From Promethearchaeota archaeon (lineage in GTDB: Archaea > Asgardarchaeota > Lokiarchaeia > Sigyniarchaeales > SOKP01), in NCBI GenBank assembly GCA_016840085.1, contig JAEOTA010000073.1, positions 1 through 64,000 of the forward strand: 64,000 nt of DNA, read 5' to 3'. The notes below the pieces were generated by a model. The model was not told the origin of the DNA. It did not search any database and saw only the letters and a program-made list of their open reading frames with translations. A program made the translations under genes and the position numbers. This document shows positions 49,941 through 60,446 of the stretch, piece by piece (within the stretch, counting starts at the first letter, position 1; each line of letters starts with the position of its first letter).

Positions 49941-52025
49941 ATGTCACCAATTAATAATTTTTATAAAAAAATCAATTCTGAACTTGTATTATTAACAATA
50001 ATATTTCTTTTCTTCTTTCAATTGATCTCAGATTTCGTTGAAGCTGTATATATGTTAGAGCTTTTAAAACTAGCAATGGATGAAAAAGCACTCGCAATGG
50101 CATTTTTTTTATCACCCTTTGTTCTTTTAATTTTTAAGAATAAAATTCCAAATTATTTTCTTGAAATTGTAGCTGTTATAATAGTTTTTACCCGTGTGAT
50201 TAATCCTTTAATAGATACAGCATACAAAATTATTTGTGCAGGATTCGGAGTAGGTGCTTTTATGCTTTTCTTTCCTGTGTATTTTTCAGAAAGTTTCAAG
50301 GAAGATGGAGAAAAAGTGAGTTTGAGGTTGGGCGTAGCGCTAGCTTTAGCTGTTTTACTTTCAATTACATTTAGAGCACTTAATTCAACGATCGATATTT
50401 CTACATATAATTATTTTCAATTTATTGGGTGGATTCTAGCAGGGATTGCTATTCTCTCAATAATAGGTCGACTAAAAACCAAAAGTAATGGAGAATTTAC
50501 ATATCCTACTAGTGAGCAAAAAAATGTTTCTACAGGAGAGCTAAAATTGGAGGAAAGAAAAGGTTCAAAAATGATATATCCATTAGTTTTAGGACTTACA
50601 AGTGCATTAATTATAAATTACTTTGCTTTTAGTAGTCCAACTGTCATTTCAAGATGGACTGGAGGAAATTATATAGCGATTACAATTGTTGTAGCTGTAA
50701 TGATTTCTTTATCTATATTAGTCTTAACTATGAAACCTGAAATCATTAAGAAGTTAAAACCTTGGATGTTGTGGCTTTGGAATATTTTTTTCATAATTTC
50801 AGTTGTTTTAACTATTGCAGTGCATACATTTCCATTTCCTGCTAATCCTGATTCAGCTCCTGTTATTATAGATCATCCAGCTCCTTGGTTTTATTACATC
50901 CCATTAGGTGTAATGATAATATCATTACCGATAGTTTTTATTGATGTTATTTGCTTATCTAGAGAAGTTATTGAGCAACGTGCGAGTCCATCTAAATTAG
51001 GTAAAGCATTTGGATTAGGAGGTTTATTCATTCTCCTCATGTCATTGATACTAATTTTCACATATGTTTGGGGATATGTAGATCCTGTGAGTCCAATCTT
51101 TCGTAATTTATTCTGGCTTCCATTTTTGTTAGTTGTTATAACAATTCCTACTAAAGGAATATTTCGCAAAAATTCATTAAAATTCACAGCATTATTTTCA
51201 AGTCGCAATGAAAAATTAGTGATAGGTGGATTCTTGGCAATCTTATTACTTGGTACTACAATATCTGTATCTCTTTATGAACCTTATCGTAAATATCCTG
51301 AAGGAGGAACCATAACGTCCCTTAAAATTCTTACATATAACGTCCAACAAGGCGTTAATATGAGTGGTGAAAAGAATTATGATAAACAATTGGCTCTTAT
51401 TAAAGAAGTGAGTCCGGATATTATAGGTTTAATAGAGTGTGACGTCGCGAGACTTTCTGGTGGAAATACAGATATTGTACGTTATTTCGTCAACCGATTA
51501 ACAGGATTAAACTACTTTTCATTTTATGGGCCTAAAACAGTTACAGGAACATATGGGGCTGCTGTATTGTCCAAATATCCAATTATTAGGGGAAAAACAA
51601 TTTTTACGTATAGTGACGAAGATGAAATTGGTACTACTGAGGTTAAAATTAAAGTGGATGGTATAATCTTCAATGTATATATAAACCATCCTTCTGGAAG
51701 TGATGATGTTAAACTAGCTCATATGGAAACACTGATGGATCGCATAGAAGGGAAAGATTATGTAATCTCAATGGGAGATTTCAATACTCGAGAAGGTTCA
51801 CTTTATTATAATATGTCAGTTGCTGTATTGCAGGATGTTTGGTTAACAAAATGGCCAACAGGAATAGATAATAATGGTGTTGGGGTGGATAAACTGCGTG
51901 AAGTATTCGATCAGGATAGAATCGATCATATATTTGTATCTAATAATTTTAATATCACAATGGCACGATACATTTTAGACCCACAGTCTGATCACCCCGC
52001 ACTATGGGCAGTTATTGAGTGGTAA
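49941..52025 (+). CDS. Polytopic membrane protein with C-terminal EEP domain (Cwh43/PGAP2IP-like)
   Basis: About 13 TM, then TYNVQQG, DIIGLIECD.AR..GGN.D, FYGP....TYGAAVLSKYPI, MGDFN, IDHIF, SDHPA. Confidence 0.85.
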   Translation: MSPINNFYKKINSELVLLTIIFLFFFQLISDFVEAVYMLELLKLAMDEKALAMAFFLSPFVLLIFKNKIPNYFLEIVAVIIVFTRVINPLIDTAYKIICAGFGVGAFMLFFPVYFSESFKEDGEKVSLRLGVALALAVLLSITFRALNSTIDISTYNYFQFIGWILAGIAILSIIGRLKTKSNGEFTYPTSEQKNVSTGELKLEERKGSKMIYPLVLGLTSALIINYFAFSSPTVISRWTGGNYIAITIVVAVMISLSILVLTMKPEIIKKLKPWMLWLWNIFFIISVVLTIAVHTFPFPANPDSAPVIIDHPAPWFYYIPLGVMIISLPIVFIDVICLSREVIEQRASPSKLGKAFGLGGLFILLMSLILIFTYVWGYVDPVSPIFRNLFWLPFLLVVITIPTKGIFRKNSLKFTALFSSRNEKLVIGGFLAILLLGTTISVSLYEPYRKYPEGGTITSLKILTYNVQQGVNMSGEKNYDKQLALIKEVSPDIIGLIECDVARLSGGNTDIVRYFVNRLTGLNYFSFYGPKTVTGTYGAAVLSKYPIIRGKTIFTYSDEDEIGTTEVKIKVDGIIFNVYINHPSGSDDVKLAHMETLMDRIEGKDYVISMGDFNTREGSLYYNMSVAVLQDVWLTKWPTGIDNNGVGVDKLREVFDQDRIDHIFVSNNFNITMARYILDPQSDHPALWAVIEW

Positions 52026-52084
52026 AGTTATCTGGTTAAGTTCTTATAAAATTAATTAATAATCATTACTTTTTTTTTAAATAT

Positions 52085-52771
52085 ATGAATATGGATTCAT
52101 CGTTTGAAATTAATATCGTATTTGATGATAAATGTCCTAAACCTGGATTTTTACCTGGTTTTGGATTCTCTGTGTTGATATATAACCATTTCACAGAAAA
52201 TTTCTCTTTATTTGATACAGGCGGGAATGGGAATATTTTAATCCATAATATTGAACAATTTAATGTGAATACTTCAGCTATAAAAAATGTTATAATTTCA
52301 CATAATCATCATGACCACGCAGGAGGTTTAGATAAAATACTTCAAATTAATCCTAATATAGAGATTTATGTGCCTATAGCTCATGTGAAGTCTTATTTAA
52401 GAAGATATTCAGGGTATAAAGTTCATGGATTCTCTGAATTAAAAGAAATAGAAAAAAATTTTATGATTTCAGGTGAAATCAAAGGAAATTTTATCTCAGA
52501 ACAAGCAGTTTTCTTAAAAACTATCCATGATGAATTAATTATACTAGTAGGATGCTCACATCCAGGAGTAGAGCAGTTTATATTGATAGCTCAAAAACTC
52601 GGAAATATAAAAGCCATTATTGGAGGATTTCATGGTTTTCGAAAGCTCTCATATTTAGAAAACATTGATTTTATCGGTGCGTGCCATTGTACACAGCATT
52701 TAAAATTAATTAAAGAGACATTTCCCGACCAATTTAAACGCATCTGCCTTGGAGATAATTATCTCTTTTGA
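52085..52771 (+). CDS. MBL-fold metallo-hydrolase (paralog of 3480..4205)
   Basis: GFGFS, LFDTG, ISHNHHDHAGGL, GCSHPG, IIGGFH, CHCT. Confidence 0.9.
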   Translation: MNMDSSFEINIVFDDKCPKPGFLPGFGFSVLIYNHFTENFSLFDTGGNGNILIHNIEQFNVNTSAIKNVIISHNHHDHAGGLDKILQINPNIEIYVPIAHVKSYLRRYSGYKVHGFSELKEIEKNFMISGEIKGNFISEQAVFLKTIHDELIILVGCSHPGVEQFILIAQKLGNIKAIIGGFHGFRKLSYLENIDFIGACHCTQHLKLIKETFPDQFKRICLGDNYLF

Positions 52772-53139
52772 ATATACTGAATCTTTACTAGTAAATATGA
52801 GGAAGTAATTTTTTTCTTCCACTCATATCTATTTCATATTCCTTTTTGAATTCAAGAAAAAGTTTTTTAAGTTTAAAGTCTATTATCTCTTTTTTTTTCA
52901 TCTTTATTATATTAGGAGCTTTTGCCTTTGAATTTGAGACTTTTGAAATTAGAATAAAGATATTGCATACTAGAATTTATATGCAGATTATTAATTTAGG
53001 GTTTTTGGCTTAGAAATTCTCTACATCATCCTTTAGTATAAATTGTTTAAAGAGTATTTTTAGATAAATTAGGGATGACTAAAAAGTTTAAAAATAATGA
53101 AGAATAATATATTTAATAAGAATATTTAGGTGAAAAAGT

Positions 53140-53700
53140 ATGGAATTATTTCCTGCCTTATCAATTGGATGGCTTAATGGTTGGATTTTTCAAGTAATAT
53201 TCTTTACTTTATTTGGGATCTTTTTATTAATTTGTTCAAAGGAGGTAATTTCACGGCTTTATGATGAAGTTGGATGGACTAAATTGCAGAAAACCTTATC
53301 TAAAATCGCGAAAATATTTGGTTTAATTACTCTTCTATTATTTATTTTTACTCCGTTGAATATTGGCTCTATTGAGTTTATTGTTGGAACTGCTCTAATA
53401 ATTATTGGAACAATAGGATTTCTTATAGCGCTTATCAATTTTAAAAATTCACCGCTTAATAAACCAATAACTATTGGATTATATAAATTATCTCGTAATC
53501 CGCAATTAATGATGATGTATTTGTTATCAATAGGAAATTGTTTAGCAATTGGTTCTTGGACTGCATTTTTCACCTTTGGTTTATCAATTTTATTTGGTCA
53601 CTTTCGAATTTTAGGAGAAGAAAAAAGGCTTACGGAGCAGTATGGTGAATCATATTTAAAATATAAGAAAAAAGTTGCCCGATATTTTATATTTTTTTAA
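53140..53700 (+). CDS. ICMT/PEMT-family membrane methyltransferase
   Basis: GLYKLSRNPQ, ILGEEK.L.EQYGESYL.YKKKV.RYF. Confidence 0.85.
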   Translation: MELFPALSIGWLNGWIFQVIFFTLFGIFLLICSKEVISRLYDEVGWTKLQKTLSKIAKIFGLITLLLFIFTPLNIGSIEFIVGTALIIIGTIGFLIALINFKNSPLNKPITIGLYKLSRNPQLMMMYLLSIGNCLAIGSWTAFFTFGLSILFGHFRILGEEKRLTEQYGESYLKYKKKVARYFIFF

Positions 53701-53717
53701 AAAAAAGAGATGAAAAT

Positions 53718-54278
53718 ATGGAATTAGTAACCAGATTTGGAATAGGATGGTTAAATGGTTGGCTTCCTTTAGTAATTTATGTTTCGATACAAACTATTAT
53801 AACATTTACATGCCCAAAAGAAGTAAGAACAAGATTAATCGATAGGAAAGGATGGACAAAAACACAAATAGCCATGACAGCAATAGGGAAATCATTTACT
53901 CTTATAAATATTATTTTATTATTTCTTTCACCATTAAAATTTGGTTCTGTTGAATTTATTATCGGAATTATTTTATATTTTATAGGAATAATAGCTTTGA
54001 GTATTGCTATAATTAACTTTAAAAATGCACCTTTAGGAAAACCAATCACTACTGGATTTTATAAAATATCCCGTAATCCACAATTAATTAGTATTTATAT
54101 TATTTTTCTTGGACATATACTTATGATAGGGTCATGGATATCGCTAATTATACTTCTAGTTTCGATTTCCGGATCACATTTTAGTATTTTAGGAGAAGAA
54201 AAAAGACTTAAAAATCAATATGGTGAATCATATCTAAAATATAAGAAAAAAGTTCCACGATATTTTATATTTTTTTAG
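53718..54278 (+). CDS. ICMT/PEMT-family membrane methyltransferase (tandem paralog)
   Basis: TTGFYKISRNPQ, ILGEEK..., VPRYF. Confidence 0.85.
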   Translation: MELVTRFGIGWLNGWLPLVIYVSIQTIITFTCPKEVRTRLIDRKGWTKTQIAMTAIGKSFTLINIILLFLSPLKFGSVEFIIGIILYFIGIIALSIAIINFKNAPLGKPITTGFYKISRNPQLISIYIIFLGHILMIGSWISLIILLVSISGSHFSILGEEKRLKNQYGESYLKYKKKVPRYFIFF

Positions 54279-54326
54279 AATAGGAAAAAAAGTAAATCTT
54301 CAAATTAAAATTAGTGAATATACATA

Positions 54327-54938
54327 ATGGAAACAATATTTATAAAAAATTTTTTTATTATTTCGATATTTTTATTTCTAATTGGTTTTTTTTGGCCTCT
54401 TATTATAGTAAAAAAAAGTGGAAAAAACCCTCATGGTACTCATAAAGGAGCTTCTGTTTTAACCAGGCTTAGTTCTGTGTCTATATTTTTATGGTTAGGT
54501 TTTATTATTTCCTATATATTTTTTAATTATATATTAGAGAGATTTTTACGATTTGAATTCTTGTCTAATGACTTTTTGGTTTTAACTGGTATGATTATTA
54601 TATCAATAGGTTTTATATTTGAAATACTAGGAATTCTAGCACTTGGGATTAACTTTAGGATTGAATTGCCCACAGATGATACGGAACTTATTACTTCAGG
54701 AATTTATAGAGTGATGAGAAATCCTATTGTTTTTGGAATTTTTTTACTCGTTATTGGGTCGTTTTTAATTATACCAACGGGAATTACACTATTAATAGGG
54801 ATATTCAATATCTTTACCTTTAATTCAAAAGCTATTGCTGAAGAAAAATATTTGCTTAGTAAATTTGGTGAGGATTATAGAAATTATAAGAATTCAGTAG
54901 GAAGATATCTACCATTTAGGATAGCAAAAAAAATTTAA
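54327..54938 (+). CDS. ICMT/PEMT-family membrane methyltransferase
   Basis: LG.NFRI, ELITSGIYR..RNPI..G, EEKYL..FG..Y..Y...VGRY. Confidence 0.85.
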   Translation: METIFIKNFFIISIFLFLIGFFWPLIIVKKSGKNPHGTHKGASVLTRLSSVSIFLWLGFIISYIFFNYILERFLRFEFLSNDFLVLTGMIIISIGFIFEILGILALGINFRIELPTDDTELITSGIYRVMRNPIVFGIFLLVIGSFLIIPTGITLLIGIFNIFTFNSKAIAEEKYLLSKFGEDYRNYKNSVGRYLPFRIAKKI

Positions 54939-54969
54939 AATACTATTTTGAAATTATGGTGGTGAAATT

Positions 54970-55896
54970 ATGAAAATTCTAATATATGGTGCGGGGGTAT
55001 TAGGTAGTCTTTATACTGCGAAGTTATCTGAATTTGGTTATGATGTTTCGATATTAGCTCGAGGACAGCGTTTAAAAGATATTAACACTCATGGAATTGT
55101 ATTGAATAACATATTAAGTAAAGAGAAAACTACTACAGAGGTAAAAACTGTTGAAAGTTTAAAACCAGATGATTTTTATGATTTGGTAATAGTGATTATG
55201 AGAAAAAATCAAGTTGAATCAATTTTGCCAATTTTAGCTAATAACAAAAACACTCCTACAATTCTATTTTTAGGTAATAACGCTAAAGGGGCTAAAGAAT
55301 ATATTGAAGCTTTAGGTCCTGATCGCGTATTATTAGGATTTCCCGGAGCAGGAGGGTATTTTGAAGATCATGAGATTCGATGCTTATTTTCAAAGAAAAA
55401 CAAAATAACAATTGGTGAACCTAGTTGTGAGCTAACACCACGTATAAAAGAACTTAAATCTGTATTCGAAAAAGCAAAATTAAAAGTAGATATTAATGAA
55501 AATGTCGATGCATGGTTAAAAACACATGTAGCTTTTGTTATTCCATTAGTTTGTGCTCTTTACAAGTGTGATACTGATATTTATCTATTAGCTGAGAATA
55601 AGGATGCACTTAAATTATTTATTCATGGTTTTAAAGAAGCGCTTGTAGCATTAAATAAGTTGAATATTCCTATATTACCCAATAGAATGAGAAAAATAGG
55701 GAAAATACCTGAATGGTTATTGCTCTTTTTAATGAAAAAAAGATTTAAAACTGAATTAGCCAAAATTGCAATTGAGGGTCATGCTCGAGTTGCGCGAGAC
55801 GAGATGAGTTACCTGGGAAAAGAGCTTAAAGAACTAATAGACTCATCTGGAAGATCTACTCCACATCTCGATAAACTTTTTAGCTATTTACTATAA
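54970..55896 (+). CDS. Ketopantoate reductase family protein
   Basis: MKILIYGAGVLGS, ILARG.R, GFPGAGG, AWLKTH. Confidence 0.85.
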   Translation: MKILIYGAGVLGSLYTAKLSEFGYDVSILARGQRLKDINTHGIVLNNILSKEKTTTEVKTVESLKPDDFYDLVIVIMRKNQVESILPILANNKNTPTILFLGNNAKGAKEYIEALGPDRVLLGFPGAGGYFEDHEIRCLFSKKNKITIGEPSCELTPRIKELKSVFEKAKLKVDINENVDAWLKTHVAFVIPLVCALYKCDTDIYLLAENKDALKLFIHGFKEALVALNKLNIPILPNRMRKIGKIPEWLLLFLMKKRFKTELAKIAIEGHARVARDEMSYLGKELKELIDSSGRSTPHLDKLFSYLL

Positions 55897-56053
55897 GAAT
55901 CATGAAATTTTTGATTCTATAAATTGATATCAATTTATGCTTAATTTTTTTATTTATATTTTAGCGAACTCTTGGGATTTTATAATCCAAACAAAGAAAT
56001 GTATAGATTTTCATTTTACTATAATTATAATAGACAAAAATAATAAGGCGAAA

Positions 56054-57295
56054 TTAGTGTTCTCCTCTATTAACATTTCGTGAAATATATGTTAGAAGAG
56101 CTAGAACAATAAGCCCAAAAATCATAATAAATACATGTATTGAGTATAAATATATTTCAACGGCGTATCCTGCTATGATAGGAGTTAAACCAAAGCCAAT
56201 CCCTACTAAAACTTCATTGATGGTTGAATATTTAGTGGAATTTTCCGCAGTTCCGTATTCTAGCATAATTTTCATGCAAGTTCCATGAATTAAACCTAAG
56301 AAAAGACCTACAAAAGCTGTTATTATTGAAATATACCATATGTTTCCAAGGAGAACAAAACTAAATGCAACTATGGGAACTGTTATCAAGCCTATGAGTG
56401 ATGCTATTTTTCTATTATAGATATTCATTGAATTAATCCATGTTAAGCCAACGAGTTGCATTGATTGTAGCCCGCATTGTACAAGATATGATAAATAGGA
56501 GGGACTCCCAAAAGCCTTCAAAAGAATAGGATAGCCAAAAATAAAAACTGATTTTGAGGTTGCTAAAAACATTATACCTATCCATGAAAATAATATTGGG
56601 TATATAATCATAGGGGTATGCGAATTAATCAACATATCCTGTTTGATATCTAAGTGAGAAATGGGATCTTCTGTTTGAAATTTTGTGATTTCGATTGAGA
56701 TAGGGTCTGATGATTCTTTTTTTATGAAAAAACTTATAGGAATTAATAGAAAGGATAATAACCAAGATATAACCATGGCAAAATAATCACTCCATGTAAA
56801 AGCCCAGACAAAACCAACAAGAAGACCACTTATAAAACCAACATTCCAAGAGAAATTAAAATTTTTAAAATTTTTCTTAGATCTTTCAACACTACTTATT
56901 TGTTGCCACTTACTTAATATATTCATACAATTTGGCCAGAAAATTCCCAATGATAACCCCAATAGTACGCGACATAAAATTAAAAACCATAGTTCAGGGA
57001 TAAGTATTTGAGCCCCTGTTAAAATTGGGGTAAGTATAGAAGATAAAATAAGCGAATTCCGAATTCCGAGCTTCGAAGTGATTACTTGCCCTAATACAGG
57101 AGCAAAGATATAAGATACAGCGCCCGCTGAAGATATAAAACCTAGAGTGCTCTCATGGACATCCATAACAAAATAAAGATAATTTTGAAGAGCTCTTTCA
57201 AAAATAGAAACATAAAACAACCTTACAAACGAAAGCATAAATACTGGCCAAACACGATAACTTTGTGATGAGTTTGGTTTATTTGATAAAGCCAT
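56054..57295 (-). CDS. MFS transporter
   Basis: About 12 TM; G...SKLG.R, CR.LLG...G.FWP. Confidence 0.85.
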   Translation of the reverse strand: MALSNKPNSSQSYRVWPVFMLSFVRLFYVSIFERALQNYLYFVMDVHESTLGFISSAGAVSYIFAPVLGQVITSKLGIRNSLILSSILTPILTGAQILIPELWFLILCRVLLGLSLGIFWPNCMNILSKWQQISSVERSKKNFKNFNFSWNVGFISGLLVGFVWAFTWSDYFAMVISWLLSFLLIPISFFIKKESSDPISIEITKFQTEDPISHLDIKQDMLINSHTPMIIYPILFSWIGIMFLATSKSVFIFGYPILLKAFGSPSYLSYLVQCGLQSMQLVGLTWINSMNIYNRKIASLIGLITVPIVAFSFVLLGNIWYISIITAFVGLFLGLIHGTCMKIMLEYGTAENSTKYSTINEVLVGIGFGLTPIIAGYAVEIYLYSIHVFIMIFGLIVLALLTYISRNVNRGEH

Positions 57296-57457
57296 AGTAT
57301 TATACCTTCACCTATTTTGCAGTGAAATAATACTTTCCTCAAATAGTTTGTTAAATTTATAAAACAATATTTAAGGTATTTAAATTCGATCTGGAATACA
57401 ATTTTTTAATATTAACAAAAAATAGAATAAATTATCAATATTTTTTCTACCAATAAT

Positions 57458-57928
57458 ATGCCAGATACTAATTTTACGTCTCTAAAGATTAATCTTATTG
57501 AACAAACAAATAATTTAATAGCCAGCTATGAGAAAAAAGCAGAATGTGGAATATTTTTTACATTGAATGAAGATAAATCCCCTTTAGATATTATTGGTGT
57601 ATTAGATTTTTTGAAGTATAAGATTAAAAAATGGGGAAATACAAACATATTTAGCTATATTGGTAATTTGTTTGAAGATAGTACTGTTCTTGTTGTTGGA
57701 GCACGTGATAATGAGGAAGCAAAAAGCATAATCATATATATGTTATTATCTAAGATTCTGTCTAAAAATAACAAAATTGATGATTTTTTAGAAAATCAAG
57801 GTTCTTATAATGATCTTGAGCAATTTTTAAACACTGAATTTACTAAAAATATAAAAATTGGTTATCCTATTGCCCCACATTTGGAAAAAAAGTTAAAAGA
57901 GCATTTAGAAAAATTGATTATGAGTTAA
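57458..57928 (+). CDS. Hypothetical protein
   Basis: Clean 156-aa ORF followed by a T-tract. Confidence 0.7.
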   Translation: MPDTNFTSLKINLIEQTNNLIASYEKKAECGIFFTLNEDKSPLDIIGVLDFLKYKIKKWGNTNIFSYIGNLFEDSTVLVVGARDNEEAKSIIIYMLLSKILSKNNKIDDFLENQGSYNDLEQFLNTEFTKNIKIGYPIAPHLEKKLKEHLEKLIMS

Positions 57929-58046
57929 AAGATAGTAAATTTCTTTTTTTTTGCTATTATATCATAAACCTTATATCAATGAAATACTTAAAAATCACAA
58001 TTGGTACAGTTTATTCTAATGTACTCAATTTGTTTAGGTTTTTTCA

Positions 58047-58301
58047 ATGGTAAAAGGTACTGTGAAGTGGTTTAATAGCAAGAAAGGCTTTGGATTTATT
58101 ACACCTGAGGATGAATCAGGGGATATCTTTGTGCATTATACCGCCATTAAAGCCGAAGGTGGGGCGTTTAAGGTGATTTATGAAGGAGATATTGTTGAAT
58201 TCGAAATTACTCAAGGAAAAAAAGGGCCCCAAGCAAGTGATGTAGTGATAGTTGAAGAGGGACCTCGAACTAATATCCGTGGCCGAAAATCGTTTTATTA
58301 A
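58047..58301 (+). CDS. cspA: Cold-shock domain protein (CspA family)
   Basis: GTVKWFN..KGFGFI (RNP1), DIFVHY (RNP2), G.KGPQA. Confidence 0.93.
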   Translation: MVKGTVKWFNSKKGFGFITPEDESGDIFVHYTAIKAEGGAFKVIYEGDIVEFEITQGKKGPQASDVVIVEEGPRTNIRGRKSFY

Positions 58302-58504
58302 TAAATTAATTTATTAGTAAAAAAAAAAGAATCAGAAAGTTTAATATTAAGGAATTTTGAAAGATTAAAATATATGGGAGAGGGAATTACTAAATTTCTA
58401 ATTAACATAATTTTACATCTTACAGATTCCCTTTTTTTTATTTTATTGGGGGAGAGTAAAAAAAAAAATAATTTCTTAAACAGATAAGAAAGAAACTAAT
58501 TTCT

Positions 58505-59305
58505 TCATAATATTTTTGCGTTAAGATAATTATCCATAGATTTTCTGCGAAGACTCTTTGTATATTGCATATTTAACTCTCCAGGTATGAATATAACTTC
58601 TCCATTTTTTACTGCGTCTAATGATAAAGAAACAACATCTTCTGCATTCATCCAATTTTCCTTAGGAAACCAATTACGTTGAAAACCCTGCATTGATTCT
58701 GTGTCATGAAACTCTGAATATGTGAAACCGGGACAGAGGCTTTGAATATAAATCCCTTTGCCTTTTATCCTTTCTTTTATAAGTTCAGAAAATACTGTAA
58801 CTGCTGATTTAGTTGTAGTATACATCACACTCATTGGACTTCTGTGTATAGCTGCTGTAGAAGATGTATTAATTATAACACCTCTTTTTCTTTTTATCAT
58901 ACCAGGAAGAGCAGCATGGCAGAACATCACTGTGCTTGTGAAGTGGACATTAATCATATCAATATGTCGTTTTAAATCTATTTGTAAAAACGTATTCGTA
59001 ATTCCGAACCCCGCATTGTTTATCAGCACATCAAGATTATCAATTTCTAAGATTTTAGCGACTACCTTCTCATTATCATCCATATTTGATAAATTAGCTA
59101 CAAACACTTCAGCATTAACTAAAAATTTTTCTTGTAATTCTTTACTCAGAGTATCAAGTTTATTTTTCCTTCTAGCTACTAAAACTAAATCAAAACCTTG
59201 TGCTGCCAATTGATGAGCAAATTCAGCTCCTATTCCTGATGATGCTCCTGTAATTAAAGCAATTCCTAGATTTTCCCATTCCATAAAATTTTCTTTAACT
59301 TTCAT
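58505..59305 (-). CDS. Short-chain dehydrogenase/reductase
   Basis: ITGASSGIG, LINNAGFG, YxxxK (YTTTK), LCPGFT. Confidence 0.92.
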   Translation of the reverse strand: MKVKENFMEWENLGIALITGASSGIGAEFAHQLAAQGFDLVLVARRKNKLDTLSKELQEKFLVNAEVFVANLSNMDDNEKVVAKILEIDNLDVLINNAGFGITNTFLQIDLKRHIDMINVHFTSTVMFCHAALPGMIKRKRGVIINTSSTAAIHRSPMSVMYTTTKSAVTVFSELIKERIKGKGIYIQSLCPGFTYSEFHDTESMQGFQRNWFPKENWMNAEDVVSLSLDAVKNGEVIFIPGELNMQYTKSLRRKSMDNYLNAKIL

Positions 59306-59428
59306 AATTTAGACACTTCTAGAAAGAGTTATCTAATAAATTAGGGATAATATAAAAAAAAGAATTAGAAATTTAGATTTTATGGAAATTTGACACGTAT
59401 TCCTTTTATATTTTTTCTACTGAATATT

Positions 59429-60289
59429 TCACCATTTGTCGTATTTTGCCTCTCTTTTTTCGAGAGTTGCACTAATACCCTCAAGAATATCTGCTGAATT
59501 TGAGCAGACTACTTGCGTTCTATTTTCTAATTTAATAGCTGCTTCAAGCGAGGAAGCATCAACATTCATATTTAAGGCATCTTTTGTGAGTCTTATTCCT
59601 AAGGGACTTTTGTTTAAAATTTGTTTTGCCATATTTAGTGTCTCGCTAAGAAGCTTATCATCAGTAACTACTTTTGATACAAGTCCAATTGTATCTGCCT
59701 CTTTAGCATCTATTATTCTTCCTGTATACATGAATTCTGCAGCTCTTGAAAACCCAATTAATCTTGGAAGCCAATAAGAACTCCCACAATCTGCTCCAGA
59801 CACCCCTATTCTTATAAATGCGTTGCAAAATTTAGCACTTTCTCCAGCAATCCTTATATCCGCCGCGAGAGCGAATGCTAAACCACCTCCATAAGCAGGA
59901 CCTTTTACTGCAGCAATGACTGGTTGCGGGATTTTCCTAAGTTGTACCATCATTTGAGAGATTAATTTTTGCACTATAACAGATCTTTTCATTTTATCAT
60001 CTGTGAGTAAATATTTAGATTTCCTATATTCTTCTGGTATTTTTCTCTTATTAATACTTTGAAAATCTTTTAAATCAAGACCAGAAGAAAATGCACGACC
60101 TTCTCCAACTAAAATTAAAACACGTATATCTAAATTATTTTCTAATGTCTTGAGATAATCTAACATCTCCTCAGTGAATTGTAGATTAATCGCATTTAAT
60201 CTCTCTGGTCTGTTGAATGTAAGAATTGCGATTCCATCTTCTCTTTCACTAACCTTTATAGTTTCATAAACTTGCATTTTGCACTCCAT
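59429..60289 (-). CDS. Enoyl-CoA hydratase/isomerase (true start may be ATG 60277)
   Basis: LTFNRPERLNA, RAFSSGLDL, PVIAAV.G.AYGGG..FALAADIR. Confidence 0.92.
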   Translation of the reverse strand: MECKMQVYETIKVSEREDGIAILTFNRPERLNAINLQFTEEMLDYLKTLENNLDIRVLILVGEGRAFSSGLDLKDFQSINKRKIPEEYRKSKYLLTDDKMKRSVIVQKLISQMMVQLRKIPQPVIAAVKGPAYGGGLAFALAADIRIAGESAKFCNAFIRIGVSGADCGSSYWLPRLIGFSRAAEFMYTGRIIDAKEADTIGLVSKVVTDDKLLSETLNMAKQILNKSPLGIRLTKDALNMNVDASSLEAAIKLENRTQVVCSNSADILEGISATLEKREAKYDKW

Positions 60290-60446
60290 CCATTTTAATA
60301 TTTTGTCTCGAATATTTTAATTTAAGATTACTATATAATAATTAATTTTTTCGAAAATATAGAAATAGAAAGTAACATACAACAAAAACTTAGTAAGAAT
60401 ATAAAAAACATATATAAATTAAAAAAAAAATTTATTTATTATTAAA

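Noticed and set aside
52795-52828. Hairpin ATATGAGGAAG…CTTCCACTCATAT as an ncRNA or SECIS element
   Set aside because: Short, lacks SECIS features and has no nearby in-frame UGA candidate; at most a terminator or stability stem.
48886-54938. Rab prenylation/carboxymethylation pathway linking the GTPase and the ICMT paralogs
   Set aside because: The GTPase ends ...MYKISRK with no CC/CxC/CaaX, and no prenyltransferase is in the window.
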